62,515 nt of DNA, taken from the IMG/VR virus record IMGVR_UViG_3300028586_000413, positions 1-62,515 of that record; one strand, given 5' to 3'. Of the stretch, positions 1 to 8,803 are shown one piece after another. The DNA is from a virus (Duplodnaviria; Caudoviricetes). Numbering within the stretch: position 1 is the stretch's first letter; every line of letters starts with the position of its first letter. The translations under genes and the position numbers were made by a program. The notes under the pieces are model-generated. The model was not told the origin of the DNA. It did no database searches and saw only the letters and a program-made list of their open reading frames with translations.

Positions 1-866
1 TGCGTAAAGTGCCAATCGGCACCGACGTGAAAGCCGACATCCTGGCGCGCGGCACCCCGGGCTTCTCGGGCGCCGACCTGGCCAACCTGGTCAACGAAGC
101 CGCTTTGTTCGCCGCGCGCCGCAGCAAGCGCCTGGTCGAGATGATCGATTTCGAAGACGCCAAGGACAAGATCTACATGGGTCCTGAGCGCAAGTCGATG
201 GTCATCCGCGAAGAGGAACGCCGTAATACGGCCTACCACGAGTCGGGCCACGCGGTGGTCGCCAAGCTGTTGCCGAAAGCTGATCCGGTGCACAAGGTCA
301 CGATCATGCCGCGTGGTTACGCGCTGGGCCTGACCTGGCAGCTGCCTGAGCACGATGCTCTGTCCGGCTACAAAGACAAGATGCTGGAAGAAATTTCCAT
401 CCTGTTCGGTGGTCGTATCGCCGAAGAGATCTTTGTCGGCCAGATGTCGACCGGCGCCTCGAACGATTTCTCGCGCGCCACCAAGCTGGCACGCTCGATG
501 GTGACCCGCTTCGGCATGTCCGACAGCATGGGCGTGATGGTCTACGAAGACAGCGAGAACGAAGGCTTCTTCGGCGGCGCCACCAAGACCATTTCGGAAG
601 CGACGCAGCAAAAGGTCGACGCCGAGATCCGCGCCATCCTCGACACGCAGTACGCGCTGGCACGCCGTCTGCTGGAAGAGAACCGCGAGAAGGTCGAGAT
701 GATGACCAAGGCGCTGCTCGACTGGGAAACCATCGACAACGAGCAGATTAACGACATCATGGCCGGCCGCGAGCCGCGCCAGCCGAAGACCGTGCTGACC
801 AAGCGTCCGCCGCCGGGCGACAGCGGCTCGGGCGGCGTGGCGCCGAACGCCACCGCACCGGCCTGA
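1..866 (+). CDS. ftsH: ATP-dependent zinc metalloprotease FtsH (3' part)
   Basis: TPGFSGADLANLVNEAA AAA motif, HESGH zinc motif, GGRIAEE; ftsH-folP-glmM synteny. Confidence 0.98.
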   Translation, partial: RKVPIGTDVKADILARGTPGFSGADLANLVNEAALFAARRSKRLVEMIDFEDAKDKIYMGPERKSMVIREEERRNTAYHESGHAVVAKLLPKADPVHKVTIMPRGYALGLTWQLPEHDALSGYKDKMLEEISILFGGRIAEEIFVGQMSTGASNDFSRATKLARSMVTRFGMSDSMGVMVYEDSENEGFFGGATKTISEATQQKVDAEIRAILDTQYALARRLLEENREKVEMMTKALLDWETIDNEQINDIMAGREPRQPKTVLTKRPPPGDSGSGGVAPNATAPA

Positions 867-882
867 CGCTGTCCCTCCCATC

Positions 883-910
883 AAAGGCACCCGTCAGGGT
901 GCCTTTTTTG
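883..910 (+). terminator. Intrinsic terminator after ftsH
   Basis: ggcaccc-gtca-gggtgcc hairpin followed by a T run. Confidence 0.85.
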
Positions 911-923
911 TTTTCCAAAAGCT

Positions 924-1008
924 GGGGTCAGGTCTGACATTTGGACACGACCTCAAGCTTTGAATGCATTTATTGTCGAGGCCGTGTCTGATTGTCAGAT
1001 CTGACCCC
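924..1008. repeat. REP/REPIN-like inverted-repeat element
   Basis: ggggtcaggtctgacatttggacacgacctc and gaggccgtgtctgattgtcagatctgacccc form an imperfect ~30-bp inverted repeat in an intergenic region. Confidence 0.7.
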
Positions 1009-1027
1009 CGATTTTCTGTTTTTCGCC

Positions 1028-1888
1028 ATGACCAAAAAACTGCAATGCGGCCAATTCAGCTTCGCGCTGGAAGGAACCGAATCTGCCTATCCAGTGGTGA
1101 TGGGCATCCTGAACATTACCCCCGACTCGTTCTCCGACGGCGGCCGCTACCAGGGCCTCGAGTTCGCGCTGACCCATGCCGAGACGATGATCAAGGACGG
1201 CGCCGCCATGATCGACATCGGCGGCGAATCGACCCGGCCTGGCTCGCCAAGCGTGCCGCTCGACGAAGAGTTGCGGCGCGTGATGCCGACCCTGTATGCG
1301 CTGCGCACGCTCGACGTCGCGCTGTCGGTCGATACCTGCAAGCCCGAGGTCATGCGCGAAGCGCTGATCGCCGGCGCCGACATGATCAACGACATCAACG
1401 CGTTCCGCGCGCCGGGCGCGATCGAGGCGGTGCAGGACAGCGATTGCGGCCTGTGCATCATGCACATGCAGGCCACGCCCGACACCATGCAGCAGGCGCC
1501 GCGCTACGACGACGTGGTGGGGGAGGTGATGGCGTACTTGGCAGAACGGGTCGCTGCGATGACCGCCGCCGGCATCGAGCGCGAGCGCATCTGCGTCGAT
1601 CCCGGCTTCGGCTTCGGGAAAACGGTCGACCACAATTACGCCCTGCTGCGCGGCTTGCCGCGCATGCGTGAAGAACTGGGCCTGCCGGTGCTGGCCGGCA
1701 TGTCGCGTAAATCCATGATCGGCGCCGTCACCGGTCGTCCAGTCGAGCAAAGGGTGGCCGGCAGCATCGGCGCGGCATTGGCTGCGGTAGCGCATGGCGC
1801 TAGAATCGTGCGTGTGCATGATGTGGCGGAGACTGTCGATGCCATGAAGGTGTGGCATGCGGCAATGCATCCCTCCTCGGTCCTGTAA
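1028..1888 (+). CDS. folP: Dihydropteroate synthase
   Basis: MGILNITPDSFSDGG, DIGGESTRPG, DPGFGFGK, SRKS, RVHDV motifs. Confidence 0.97.
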   Translation: MTKKLQCGQFSFALEGTESAYPVVMGILNITPDSFSDGGRYQGLEFALTHAETMIKDGAAMIDIGGESTRPGSPSVPLDEELRRVMPTLYALRTLDVALSVDTCKPEVMREALIAGADMINDINAFRAPGAIEAVQDSDCGLCIMHMQATPDTMQQAPRYDDVVGEVMAYLAERVAAMTAAGIERERICVDPGFGFGKTVDHNYALLRGLPRMREELGLPVLAGMSRKSMIGAVTGRPVEQRVAGSIGAALAAVAHGARIVRVHDVAETVDAMKVWHAAMHPSSVL

Positions 1889-1919
1889 AAATCGTTTCAA
1901 TAAGAGAAAAGAGAACTAG

Positions 1920-3260
1920 ATGGCACGGAAATATTTCGGCACCGACGGCATTCGCGGCACGGTGGGCGTTGCGCCAATTACTCCTGAATTCGTGATGCGT
2001 CTCGGCTACGCCGCCGGCACCGTCCTGGCCAAGGGCCGCAAGTCGAGCAGCGGCCGTCCGGTCGTCCTGATCGGCAAGGACACCCGCATCTCGGGCTATA
2101 TGCTCGAGGCGGCGCTGGAAGCCGGCCTGTCCGCCGCCGGCGTCGACTCGATGCTGGCCGGCCCGATGCCGACCCCGGCCATCGCCTACCTGACGCGCGC
2201 GCTGCGCCTGCAGGCCGGCGTCGTGATCTCGGCCTCGCACAACCCTTTCCAGGACAACGGCATCAAGTTCTTCTCCGAACACGGCACCAAGCTGCCGGAC
2301 GCCGTCGAACTCGAGATCGAAGAAGCGATCGACCAGCCGATGGGTTGCGTCGCCTCAGATAAGCTCGGCCGCGCGACCCGCCTGCGCGACGCCCAGGGCC
2401 GCTACATCGAATTCTGCAAGAGCACCTTCCCGAACGAACTCGACCTGCGCGGCCTGAAGATCGTCGTCGACAGCGCCCACGGCGCGGCCTACAACATCGC
2501 GCCGCATGTGTTCCACGAACTCGGCGCCGAAGTCATCTCGATCGGCGCCCAGCCGGACGGCTTCAACATCAACGCCGGCTTCGGCGCCACCGCGCCGAAG
2601 GCGCTGTCCGAAGCCGTGGTGGCCAACAAGGCCGACCTCGGCATCGCGCTGGACGGCGACGCCGACCGCCTGATCATGGTCGACGCCAACGGCCGCGTCT
2701 ACAACGGCGACGAGCTGCTGTACGTGATGGTGCGCGACCGCATGAGCACCGGCCCGGTGGCGGGCGCCGTCGGCACCCTGATGACGAATATGGCGCTCGA
2801 AGTCGCCTTCAAGCAGATGGGCATCGGCTTCGCGCGCGCCAAGGTCGGCGACCGCTACGTGCTCGAGGTGATGCAAGAGCGCGGCTGGCTGTTCGGCGGC
2901 GAAGGCTCGGGCCACCTGCTGGCGCTCGACAAGCACAGCACCGGCGACGGCATCGTCTCGAGCCTGCAAGTGCTGTCGGCCCTGGTGCGCAGCAATAAAT
3001 CGCTGGCCGAATGCTGCAGCGAGCTGCAACTGTTCCCGCAGACCCTGATCAACAAGAAGGTCACGCCGGGCTTCGACTGGACGCTTGATTCGGCGCTGGT
3101 GGCCGAGAAGGAAGCCGTCGAGCGCGAGCTGGGCGACAACGGCCGCGTGCTGATCCGCGCGTCCGGCACCGAACCATTGATTCGTGTGATGGTCGAGGCG
3201 AAAGAGGCGGCGATGGCCGAAAGCATGGCGCGCCGCATCGCGGACAAGCTGGCCGCGTAA
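1920..3260 (+). CDS. glmM: Phosphoglucosamine mutase
   Basis: [32 protein letters not shown] motifs. Confidence 0.98.
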   Translation: MARKYFGTDGIRGTVGVAPITPEFVMRLGYAAGTVLAKGRKSSSGRPVVLIGKDTRISGYMLEAALEAGLSAAGVDSMLAGPMPTPAIAYLTRALRLQAGVVISASHNPFQDNGIKFFSEHGTKLPDAVELEIEEAIDQPMGCVASDKLGRATRLRDAQGRYIEFCKSTFPNELDLRGLKIVVDSAHGAAYNIAPHVFHELGAEVISIGAQPDGFNINAGFGATAPKALSEAVVANKADLGIALDGDADRLIMVDANGRVYNGDELLYVMVRDRMSTGPVAGAVGTLMTNMALEVAFKQMGIGFARAKVGDRYVLEVMQERGWLFGGEGSGHLLALDKHSTGDGIVSSLQVLSALVRSNKSLAECCSELQLFPQTLINKKVTPGFDWTLDSALVAEKEAVERELGDNGRVLIRASGTEPLIRVMVEAKEAAMAESMARRIADKLAA

Positions 3261-3329
3261 AAGATTGCCAGCCAGCCGCAAGCCGGGGCTGGCTTTTGTC
3301 GTCTGGATCGCCTATAATGTTTCTCACGG

Positions 3330-3406
3330 CGGAGTGTAGCGCAGCCCGGTAGCGCACCTGGTTTGGGACCAGGGGGTCCAAGGTTCGAATCCTTGTACTC
3401 CGACCA
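3330..3406 (+). tRNA. tRNA-Pro (TGG)
   Basis: 77-nt cloverleaf, anticodon loop tttggga, GTTCGAATCC T-arm, CCA end. Confidence 0.97.
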
Positions 3407-3420
3407 TAAGATTCATCAAG

Positions 3421-3451
3421 GCAGGCCGTCATCGACGGCCTGTTTTGTTTT
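3421..3451 (+). terminator. Intrinsic terminator after tRNA-Pro
   Basis: caggccgtc-atc-gacggcctg followed by a T run. Confidence 0.8.
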
Positions 3452-3547
3452 GATCGGCAGATTTTCTGCATTGCTACGCTTGCGGGGCTTGCCCTGCCAT
3501 ATTGCAAGCATCGATGCTTGCGGTTTATAGTAGCGCCACTTTCACGA

Positions 3548-3624
3548 CCGCCCTTAGCTCAGTCGGATAGAGCAACAGCCTTCTAAGCTGTGGGTCGGGG
3601 GTTCGATTCCCTCAGGGCGGGCCA
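3548..3624 (+). tRNA. tRNA-Arg (TCT), prophage integration target
   Basis: 77-nt cloverleaf, acagc-cttctaa-gctgt anticodon arm, CCA end. Confidence 0.97.
3580..3624 (+). repeat. attL core (3' half of tRNA-Arg)
   Basis: cttctaagctgtgggtcgggggttcgattccctcagggcgggcca, identical to 60981-61025. Confidence 0.97.
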
Positions 3625-3682
3625 AAATATCCAATCGTTTCAATCGCTTGCCGAAGCTGCTTGCTGCTCATATTTTGAGCAT

Positions 3683-3713
3683 TGCGCTACTCAATCGGCC
3701 TTGCGCTATTCAA
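3683..3713. promoter_or_regulatory. Putative integrase arm-type binding sites, left end
   Basis: tgcgctactcaa (3683-3694) and tgcgctattcaa (3702-3713); the same motif recurs near attR. Confidence 0.7.
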
Positions 3714-4773
3714 ATGCCAATTTCCCCGGCTTCACCCGCTCTGGTCGACGCCGGTAAACGCGCTGCGTGAGCTGGCTGTCGGCGTGCGCGAGCAGGGCGC
3801 GGGCGTGTTCCAGGGACTCGGCATCGCTGGCGCACTTAGCGCGCAGGTCGTGCTCCGTGAACCGCTCCTTGACGTTCGTCTCGAGCAGGATCCTCTCCAT
3901 GAAGCGCTGCCACATCGAGTCCCAGCCGCTGGCGGTTCCCTTCGCCTCGTTGAAGTAGCCTTCGCCCTTGCGGGTGCAGAACAGCCATGGCGCGATGTCG
4001 ACTGGGCGCACGGCCTTCGCCTCGGCGATAGCATCCCGCAACTCCGGCGACCATTCGATGATAAGCCGCTTGCCGGTGCTGCCTTGTGTCTTGCTCGGCG
4101 TGACGTGGATGCCGTCCTCCTGCAGGTCGGAGCTGGTCAAGCGCAACAAGTCGCCGCGGCGCAGGCCGGTCAGCAGCTTCAGCCGGATATACGCCTGGAG
4201 CACCAGCACGCTGCCCTTGGTATGCTTGCTCGGCAGCGACAGGCACTCGATCAGCTCCCAATCTTCCACATACCGGTCGCGCGGCTTTTCGCCGGCCAGC
4301 CGCACCTCGCCTTTGAACGGGTGCCGGTCCATGAGGCCCCACATGACCGCCATGGTGAAGGCATGCGACAGGACGTCGATCGCGCGGTTCGCCGCGACCG
4401 GCGTTGCCTTGCGCTTGTCCGCATACTGGTAGACATGTTGCGGCCGGAGCCAGGTCAGCAGCGCCTCGCCGAACACGGCTCGTAGGGAGCGTATTGCCCG
4501 CTGGTTCTCCACCTGGGTGCGCGTCGCTTTCGTCGGCACCACTTCGAGCGCGTATCGGTCGAGCAGTGCGCCGATGGACCGCGCCTGGTCGACGGACTCC
4601 AGACGCTTGGCCCATTCCTTGTAGGCGTCGGGCAGGGTGGCGCCGAGCCGGAATTTCTTCTTTCCGTCCCAGCGATCCTCCAGTCCGACCGGCACCTGGT
4701 AGTAGACCGCGCCGTGCTCGATCTTCCACCGTGCCGGCAGCCCGACATTCTCCTTGTTGCGCTTTCTAGGCAT
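3706..4773 (-). CDS. int: Tyrosine recombinase / phage integrase
   Basis: TGLRRGDL, HDLR and T..VY catalytic motifs; adjacent to attL. Confidence 0.95.
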   Translation of the reverse strand: MPRKRNKENVGLPARWKIEHGAVYYQVPVGLEDRWDGKKKFRLGATLPDAYKEWAKRLESVDQARSIGALLDRYALEVVPTKATRTQVENQRAIRSLRAVFGEALLTWLRPQHVYQYADKRKATPVAANRAIDVLSHAFTMAVMWGLMDRHPFKGEVRLAGEKPRDRYVEDWELIECLSLPSKHTKGSVLVLQAYIRLKLLTGLRRGDLLRLTSSDLQEDGIHVTPSKTQGSTGKRLIIEWSPELRDAIAEAKAVRPVDIAPWLFCTRKGEGYFNEAKGTASGWDSMWQRFMERILLETNVKERFTEHDLRAKCASDAESLEHARALLAHADSQLTQRVYRRRPERVKPGKLAFE

Positions 4774-4996
4774 TCAGCCCACTCCAGTTCGGTACAAATT
4801 CCTTGGTCTTCGACTGCCGATCCTTGCCGGCGCCGAATTCTTTTTCGACGTGCGCGCGCAGGACCGCCAGGGTGCCGTCGGCACGTTCCTTGAAGGCGAT
4901 CCCCATCGAGCGTAGCATTTTCGCCTGGGCCGACCTCTGTTTGCGCTTCGTCATGCTCTGCAGCTCGCTGTCGTCGAGAAACATCTGCTCCATCAT
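4766..4996 (-). CDS. DUF4224-like protein, probable excisionase
   Basis: FLDDSEL..MT..KQRSAQ..ML..MGIAF..RADG and PNW motifs; directly upstream of int. Confidence 0.75.
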   Translation of the reverse strand: MMEQMFLDDSELQSMTKRKQRSAQAKMLRSMGIAFKERADGTLAVLRAHVEKEFGAGKDRQSKTKEFVPNWSGLNA

Positions 4997-5199
4997 TGCT
5001 CCCTCGCTCCTACGCTCTTGACTTTGTTCGCGCTGGCCAACAGCCCCGCGTAGCACTTGCCGTGCATCGGCTTCTTCGCCACCAGCCCGCCGCCCGGCAC
5101 CTGGTCGCGCACATACCGCTCGCCGGCGCGGATCGTCATGCCGCAGCTGGCACACAGGTGGTCGCGGCGGGCGTTATGCTGGATGCTGTTCAGGATCAC
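4993..5199 (-). CDS. Small zinc-finger phage protein
   Basis: CxxC...HxxC; overlaps its neighbours by 4 nt. Confidence 0.6.
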   Translation of the reverse strand: MILNSIQHNARRDHLCASCGMTIRAGERYVRDQVPGGGLVAKKPMHGKCYAGLLASANKVKSVGAREQ

Positions 5200-5426
5200 T
5201 GGCCGCCTCCGAGGATCTCGTCGACAATCACCGCGTGTACGTGTCGCCCGCGCAGGCTCGCCGGCTGCGGCGGCGTGTGGTTGGCGCCGGCCGCAGCATC
5301 CCACTGCTTGCGCAGGTCATCCATCACCGCCGCCACCTGGGGCGTCAGCGCATCGCCCGGGCGCTGGGCCAGTTGGTACATCACGTTCGCCATCTGCGCG
5401 CCTATGCGGCGGAGTTCGTCAGGCAT
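5196..5426 (-). CDS. Hypothetical phage protein
   Basis: Translationally coupled ORF in the early-left operon. Confidence 0.55.
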   Translation of the reverse strand: MPDELRRIGAQMANVMYQLAQRPGDALTPQVAAVMDDLRKQWDAAAGANHTPPQPASLRGRHVHAVIVDEILGGGQ

Positions 5427-5949
5427 GATCCGGCCCTCCCGCCCCGATCTGGGCGCGCGCCATCGCCACCAGCCCCGCGTCGGCATTTGTCAGGACATCC
5501 AACAGCAGGCGCTTCTCTTCCAGGTAGACGACAGCGAATTTCGGGTCGTGCTGGACGATCGAGCTTGTGTTGCTGATCAGGTCGGCGACCTTGATCGTCT
5601 GGACCCAGCCAGGGGCCGCGGCGAGGCGCGCCCGACTTGCCGCCTTGCGCTCGACGCGATTGCCGACCTCCAGGTCGGACAGCGCCCATACCCCGCACAG
5701 CACGGTGGTGCCAAACCGATCCAGCAGCTCGTCGCGGTTCACGTCCTGATCCTCGATGCAGTCGTGCAGCCAAGCCGTCGCGATCATCGCTTGCCCCAGC
5801 AGAGGGGCGGCGTGCCAATGGAACTCGCTTGCGGCCACGATCCCGGCCACTTCCGCAAGGTGATCTGCGTAAGGCTGTCCCGTGTACTTGCGCACCTGGT
5901 CGCGGTGCGTGTGGCGCGCGAATTTCATCGCTTCGAATGCGAGGCTCAT
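5419..5949 (-). CDS. Stand-alone HD-domain protein, SpoT/Mesh1-like (p)ppGpp hydrolase family
   Basis: H..QVRKYTGQPY..H..EV, AWLHDCIED, IKVAD..SN motifs. Confidence 0.85.
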   Translation of the reverse strand: MSLAFEAMKFARHTHRDQVRKYTGQPYADHLAEVAGIVAASEFHWHAAPLLGQAMIATAWLHDCIEDQDVNRDELLDRFGTTVLCGVWALSDLEVGNRVERKAASRARLAAAPGWVQTIKVADLISNTSSIVQHDPKFAVVYLEEKRLLLDVLTNADAGLVAMARAQIGAGGPDHA

Positions 5950-6194
5950 GCCTTCTCTCCTTGAGCAGCAGCCTGGATAGCTGCGCTGCCAGTGGCGACC
6001 CAGCAAATCTGGTTGGATGTGGTCCATCCCTGGTGGCGGGTGACAACGCCGGCAGCCTCCATCTTCAGCAGGCGGCGCCGGAGGGCTGCCGTAGTCAGGC
6101 CCGGAGCCGTTTCCCGCAACACATTCCTGACGTAGTAGGTCGGGCAATGCACCCTGGTCCTCAGGACATGTACGATTTGCTCGTCGGTCAGCAT
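5946..6194 (-). CDS. Small hypothetical protein, possibly winged-helix
   Basis: Coupled ORF; LRRRLLKMEAAGVV resembles a wHTH segment. Confidence 0.55.
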   Translation of the reverse strand: MLTDEQIVHVLRTRVHCPTYYVRNVLRETAPGLTTAALRRRLLKMEAAGVVTRHQGWTTSNQICWVATGSAAIQAAAQGEKA

Positions 6195-7204
6195 GCTGCA
6201 CCTCCTTCCTGAGCGGCACGGATAGCTGCGTCGACCGCTTCGTCCAATGTATTGCGCTTGAAGAGCGGGGTGGCACTGCCCAGGAGATCTTTTCCCCAGC
6301 TAACCCAGCTCTCACGTAGCCAGCGATAACGCGCCGCGTCTTGTTCCTCCGCTCCTGCATGCGCCTGCTGGGCGCCGACCACTGGCAGGCCCGCGCCGGC
6401 GAGGTATTTCTCGTCAGGCAGCATCCCGCCGGTAGCACACTCCACAGCCTGTGGAAGCGCCGAGCCGCGCGGCTTCGTGCGCTGCTTCTCGCGAATCGCC
6501 TCGACTTTCGTCCAGATGCGAGCCAACTCGACCTCGCCAGCGGCGTGCATGTCCTGGCTCTGTGCCAAGCACAGGGCGGCCAGCGTGACCATCACGCCGC
6601 CGATTTCCTGCGGCACCTCGCCGATGTCGCGGTTGTAGACGTAGTCGACCAGCGCGTGCGCTTCATGGCGCGGCATTCCACAGGCCTGCACCAGCTCCGT
6701 CGATTCCTCGAAGAAGCGGTGGTTGCGCTCGGCGCGGTCGGCCGTGATCTCGGCGCCAAAGCAGGCCATCATCCATGGCTGCACACGCTGCTGGAATGGC
6801 GCGCTCTCTTCACTCTGTGCACGCACAACCGGAGAGGCGTACAGCTTGCGGACCCTGTAGCCTTCGTCCAAGTAGCCTGCGACCTCGCCAGCCGTGATCT
6901 CGAACCAGTGATCCGATTCGCGCTCGTTTCCTTCTTCGCATGCTTGGATCAGGGTCGTGGCTTCGTGCTGCGCCGCCTGAGAGGGCGCGGCGCCAGCGTA
7001 CAGCGGAATGGTCTGATCGTCGCGCCATTGCGAGCCGCGCACCGGCACGCCGCCCACACCCGACTGGATGTCGCGTAGCTCGGCCGCGCTGACCCGCGCC
7101 ACCAGCTCGGCCTGGTCCTGCGCAGGCTTTTCATCTCTGCAACCATAGTTAAAGCAGACTGCCTTGCTGGCGCATGCCTTGCAGAATTCCTGATCGTCGT
7201 TCAT
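6188..7204 (-). CDS. Mosaic early protein with MazG-like NTP pyrophosphatase module
   Basis: FQQRV..W...CFG, RFFEESTELVQ, QEIGGVMVTL motifs. Confidence 0.65.
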   Translation of the reverse strand: MNDDQEFCKACASKAVCFNYGCRDEKPAQDQAELVARVSAAELRDIQSGVGGVPVRGSQWRDDQTIPLYAGAAPSQAAQHEATTLIQACEEGNERESDHWFEITAGEVAGYLDEGYRVRKLYASPVVRAQSEESAPFQQRVQPWMMACFGAEITADRAERNHRFFEESTELVQACGMPRHEAHALVDYVYNRDIGEVPQEIGGVMVTLAALCLAQSQDMHAAGEVELARIWTKVEAIREKQRTKPRGSALPQAVECATGGMLPDEKYLAGAGLPVVGAQQAHAGAEEQDAARYRWLRESWVSWGKDLLGSATPLFKRNTLDEAVDAAIRAAQEGGAAC

Positions 7205-8298
7205 TTGGCCTGCTCCTGCACTGGTTGAACTTGAGCCAGCAGGCGATTCGCCTCGGCCTCGACACGATCCAGGCGCGTCCATTGCTCGTTGGTTATTATC
7301 GGCTCCTGCGCTGGTTGATGCGCGGCTCGTTTGAGTTCGCGCACCTTACCGGCATAACGTGTCGCCTCTTCGAGGTCGTGCATTGCAAGCGCTCCTACAA
7401 CCAGCGTCAGAAGCTCCAGCGCATCCCCTGCTGGCACTGTCGGCGCTGGTGCTGCGAAGGCTGCAATATGTCCTTCGTCCATCTCGGCTTCTTTCGACCA
7501 GCTCTGACCGCCGATTACGCGGGGCGGAGGTGCGGCTGGCAAGGATGGCGCGACGGCGACCATGGCGGTGTAAATGTGGCCTGCGATGTTGCTGCCGGTG
7601 CCGATCTTCTCGCGCGCGGCGATGCACATAGCGTCGGTCGGTTCGACCGGCACCCATTTCCAGCCTGCGTGTTCCAGCGGCGCGGCCTCGGATGGCTGCG
7701 ACAGACGCGCTTTCAATTCATCGCGCTCAGCCACTACCGCCCGCAACTGCGCTTCCAGATTCAGCGCAACGCTGTTGACCGGCTCAACCTGCTCCGGTGC
7801 GGCTGTCGGCGCCACCGACCCATTCCCTAGCACGGCCTCGACGTTCGACACGAGGCGGTTGGCCAGCAGCGGCCAGTCGGCCTTGCGCAACGCCTCGGCC
7901 GCGTCGTCGCATGCTTTGCGCAGGTTCGCGGCGTCCCAACGATGGACCGGTGCGGCTGTCGGCGCTGGCTGGTTGGCGAGGGCGGCGCGCACGATCTTCC
8001 ATGCCGCTGCATCTTCCGGCTCGACCTGCGTTTCGTCCATGCAACCGTCGCACGCCTCAATGGCCTGTCGCAGCGCGTCCCCGGCTATAGGCGCTGATAC
8101 TGGCGCAGCGCGGCGGGCAAGCTCGTCATCGGCATGTAATGCATCATCCGCGATACTGGTGACTCCGCAGTCGCCGTCATACCCGAAGCGGGTCTCGCTG
8201 ATCCGACGCAGCGATGTGCGAAGCTCAATGATGCGCGCTTCCAGGTGGTCGAGATTCAGCCCGCTATCGCTGGCGGATGGGGTGGTGGTGTTCGTCAT
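7201..8298 (-). CDS. Mosaic hypothetical early protein
   Basis: Short modules joined by APTAAP/QPA linkers; GWKWVPVEPTDAM motif common in phage early proteins. Confidence 0.65.
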   Translation of the reverse strand: MTNTTTPSASDSGLNLDHLEARIIELRTSLRRISETRFGYDGDCGVTSIADDALHADDELARRAAPVSAPIAGDALRQAIEACDGCMDETQVEPEDAAAWKIVRAALANQPAPTAAPVHRWDAANLRKACDDAAEALRKADWPLLANRLVSNVEAVLGNGSVAPTAAPEQVEPVNSVALNLEAQLRAVVAERDELKARLSQPSEAAPLEHAGWKWVPVEPTDAMCIAAREKIGTGSNIAGHIYTAMVAVAPSLPAAPPPRVIGGQSWSKEAEMDEGHIAAFAAPAPTVPAGDALELLTLVVGALAMHDLEEATRYAGKVRELKRAAHQPAQEPIITNEQWTRLDRVEAEANRLLAQVQPVQEQAK

Positions 8299-8516
8299 GC
8301 TGCACCTGCTTTCGTTATAAGGTTGGTAGCGCGCACGCAGATGGCGCGGACGTAGCGGAAGCCGATCCGATCGCCGATCACGTCGCTGCGGTTCTTCTCG
8401 GCAGCGATCAAGCTGGTGGCGGTGGCGCGGCATGAGGCCATGTCGCCGAACTTAAGATCGGTGTTGATCCCGCCATCTGAGCTGGCCAAGACAAGGACGA
8501 AGAGAACGACGTTCAC
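8295..8516 (-). CDS. Small protein with hydrophobic N-terminus
   Basis: Coupled ORF with two Cys residues. Confidence 0.55.
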   Translation of the reverse strand: MNVVLFVLVLASSDGGINTDLKFGDMASCRATATSLIAAEKNRSDVIGDRIGFRYVRAICVRATNLITKAGAA

Positions 8517-8803
8517 GCTGCACCTCCATCGCCTACCGCTCCTTGGGATTGGAGAGCAGAACCCTTGGGCTCGGTTTTCGCCGCCGCTTCGAGTGCTTCC
8601 TTTACCGCATCAGCGTGGTCTTTCTGGATCGAACGAGCCTGCTGTGCCAACGAGTACGCATTGCGAAGAGCGTTAGCGATGACCTGCTCCGCCTCCATCC
8701 TGAGGCTGCGCACCGCATGGCGCATGGGGTCGGCGTTGTTCGTCTCGATGGCGCGCAAGGCGGCCATGGTGTCGATGAATTGGTCGGGGATGGACTGGCT
8801 CAT
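8513..8803 (-). CDS. Hypothetical phage protein
   Basis: Coupled ORF. Confidence 0.55.
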   Translation of the reverse strand: MSQSIPDQFIDTMAALRAIETNNADPMRHAVRSLRMEAEQVIANALRNAYSLAQQARSIQKDHADAVKEALEAAAKTEPKGSALQSQGAVGDGGAA

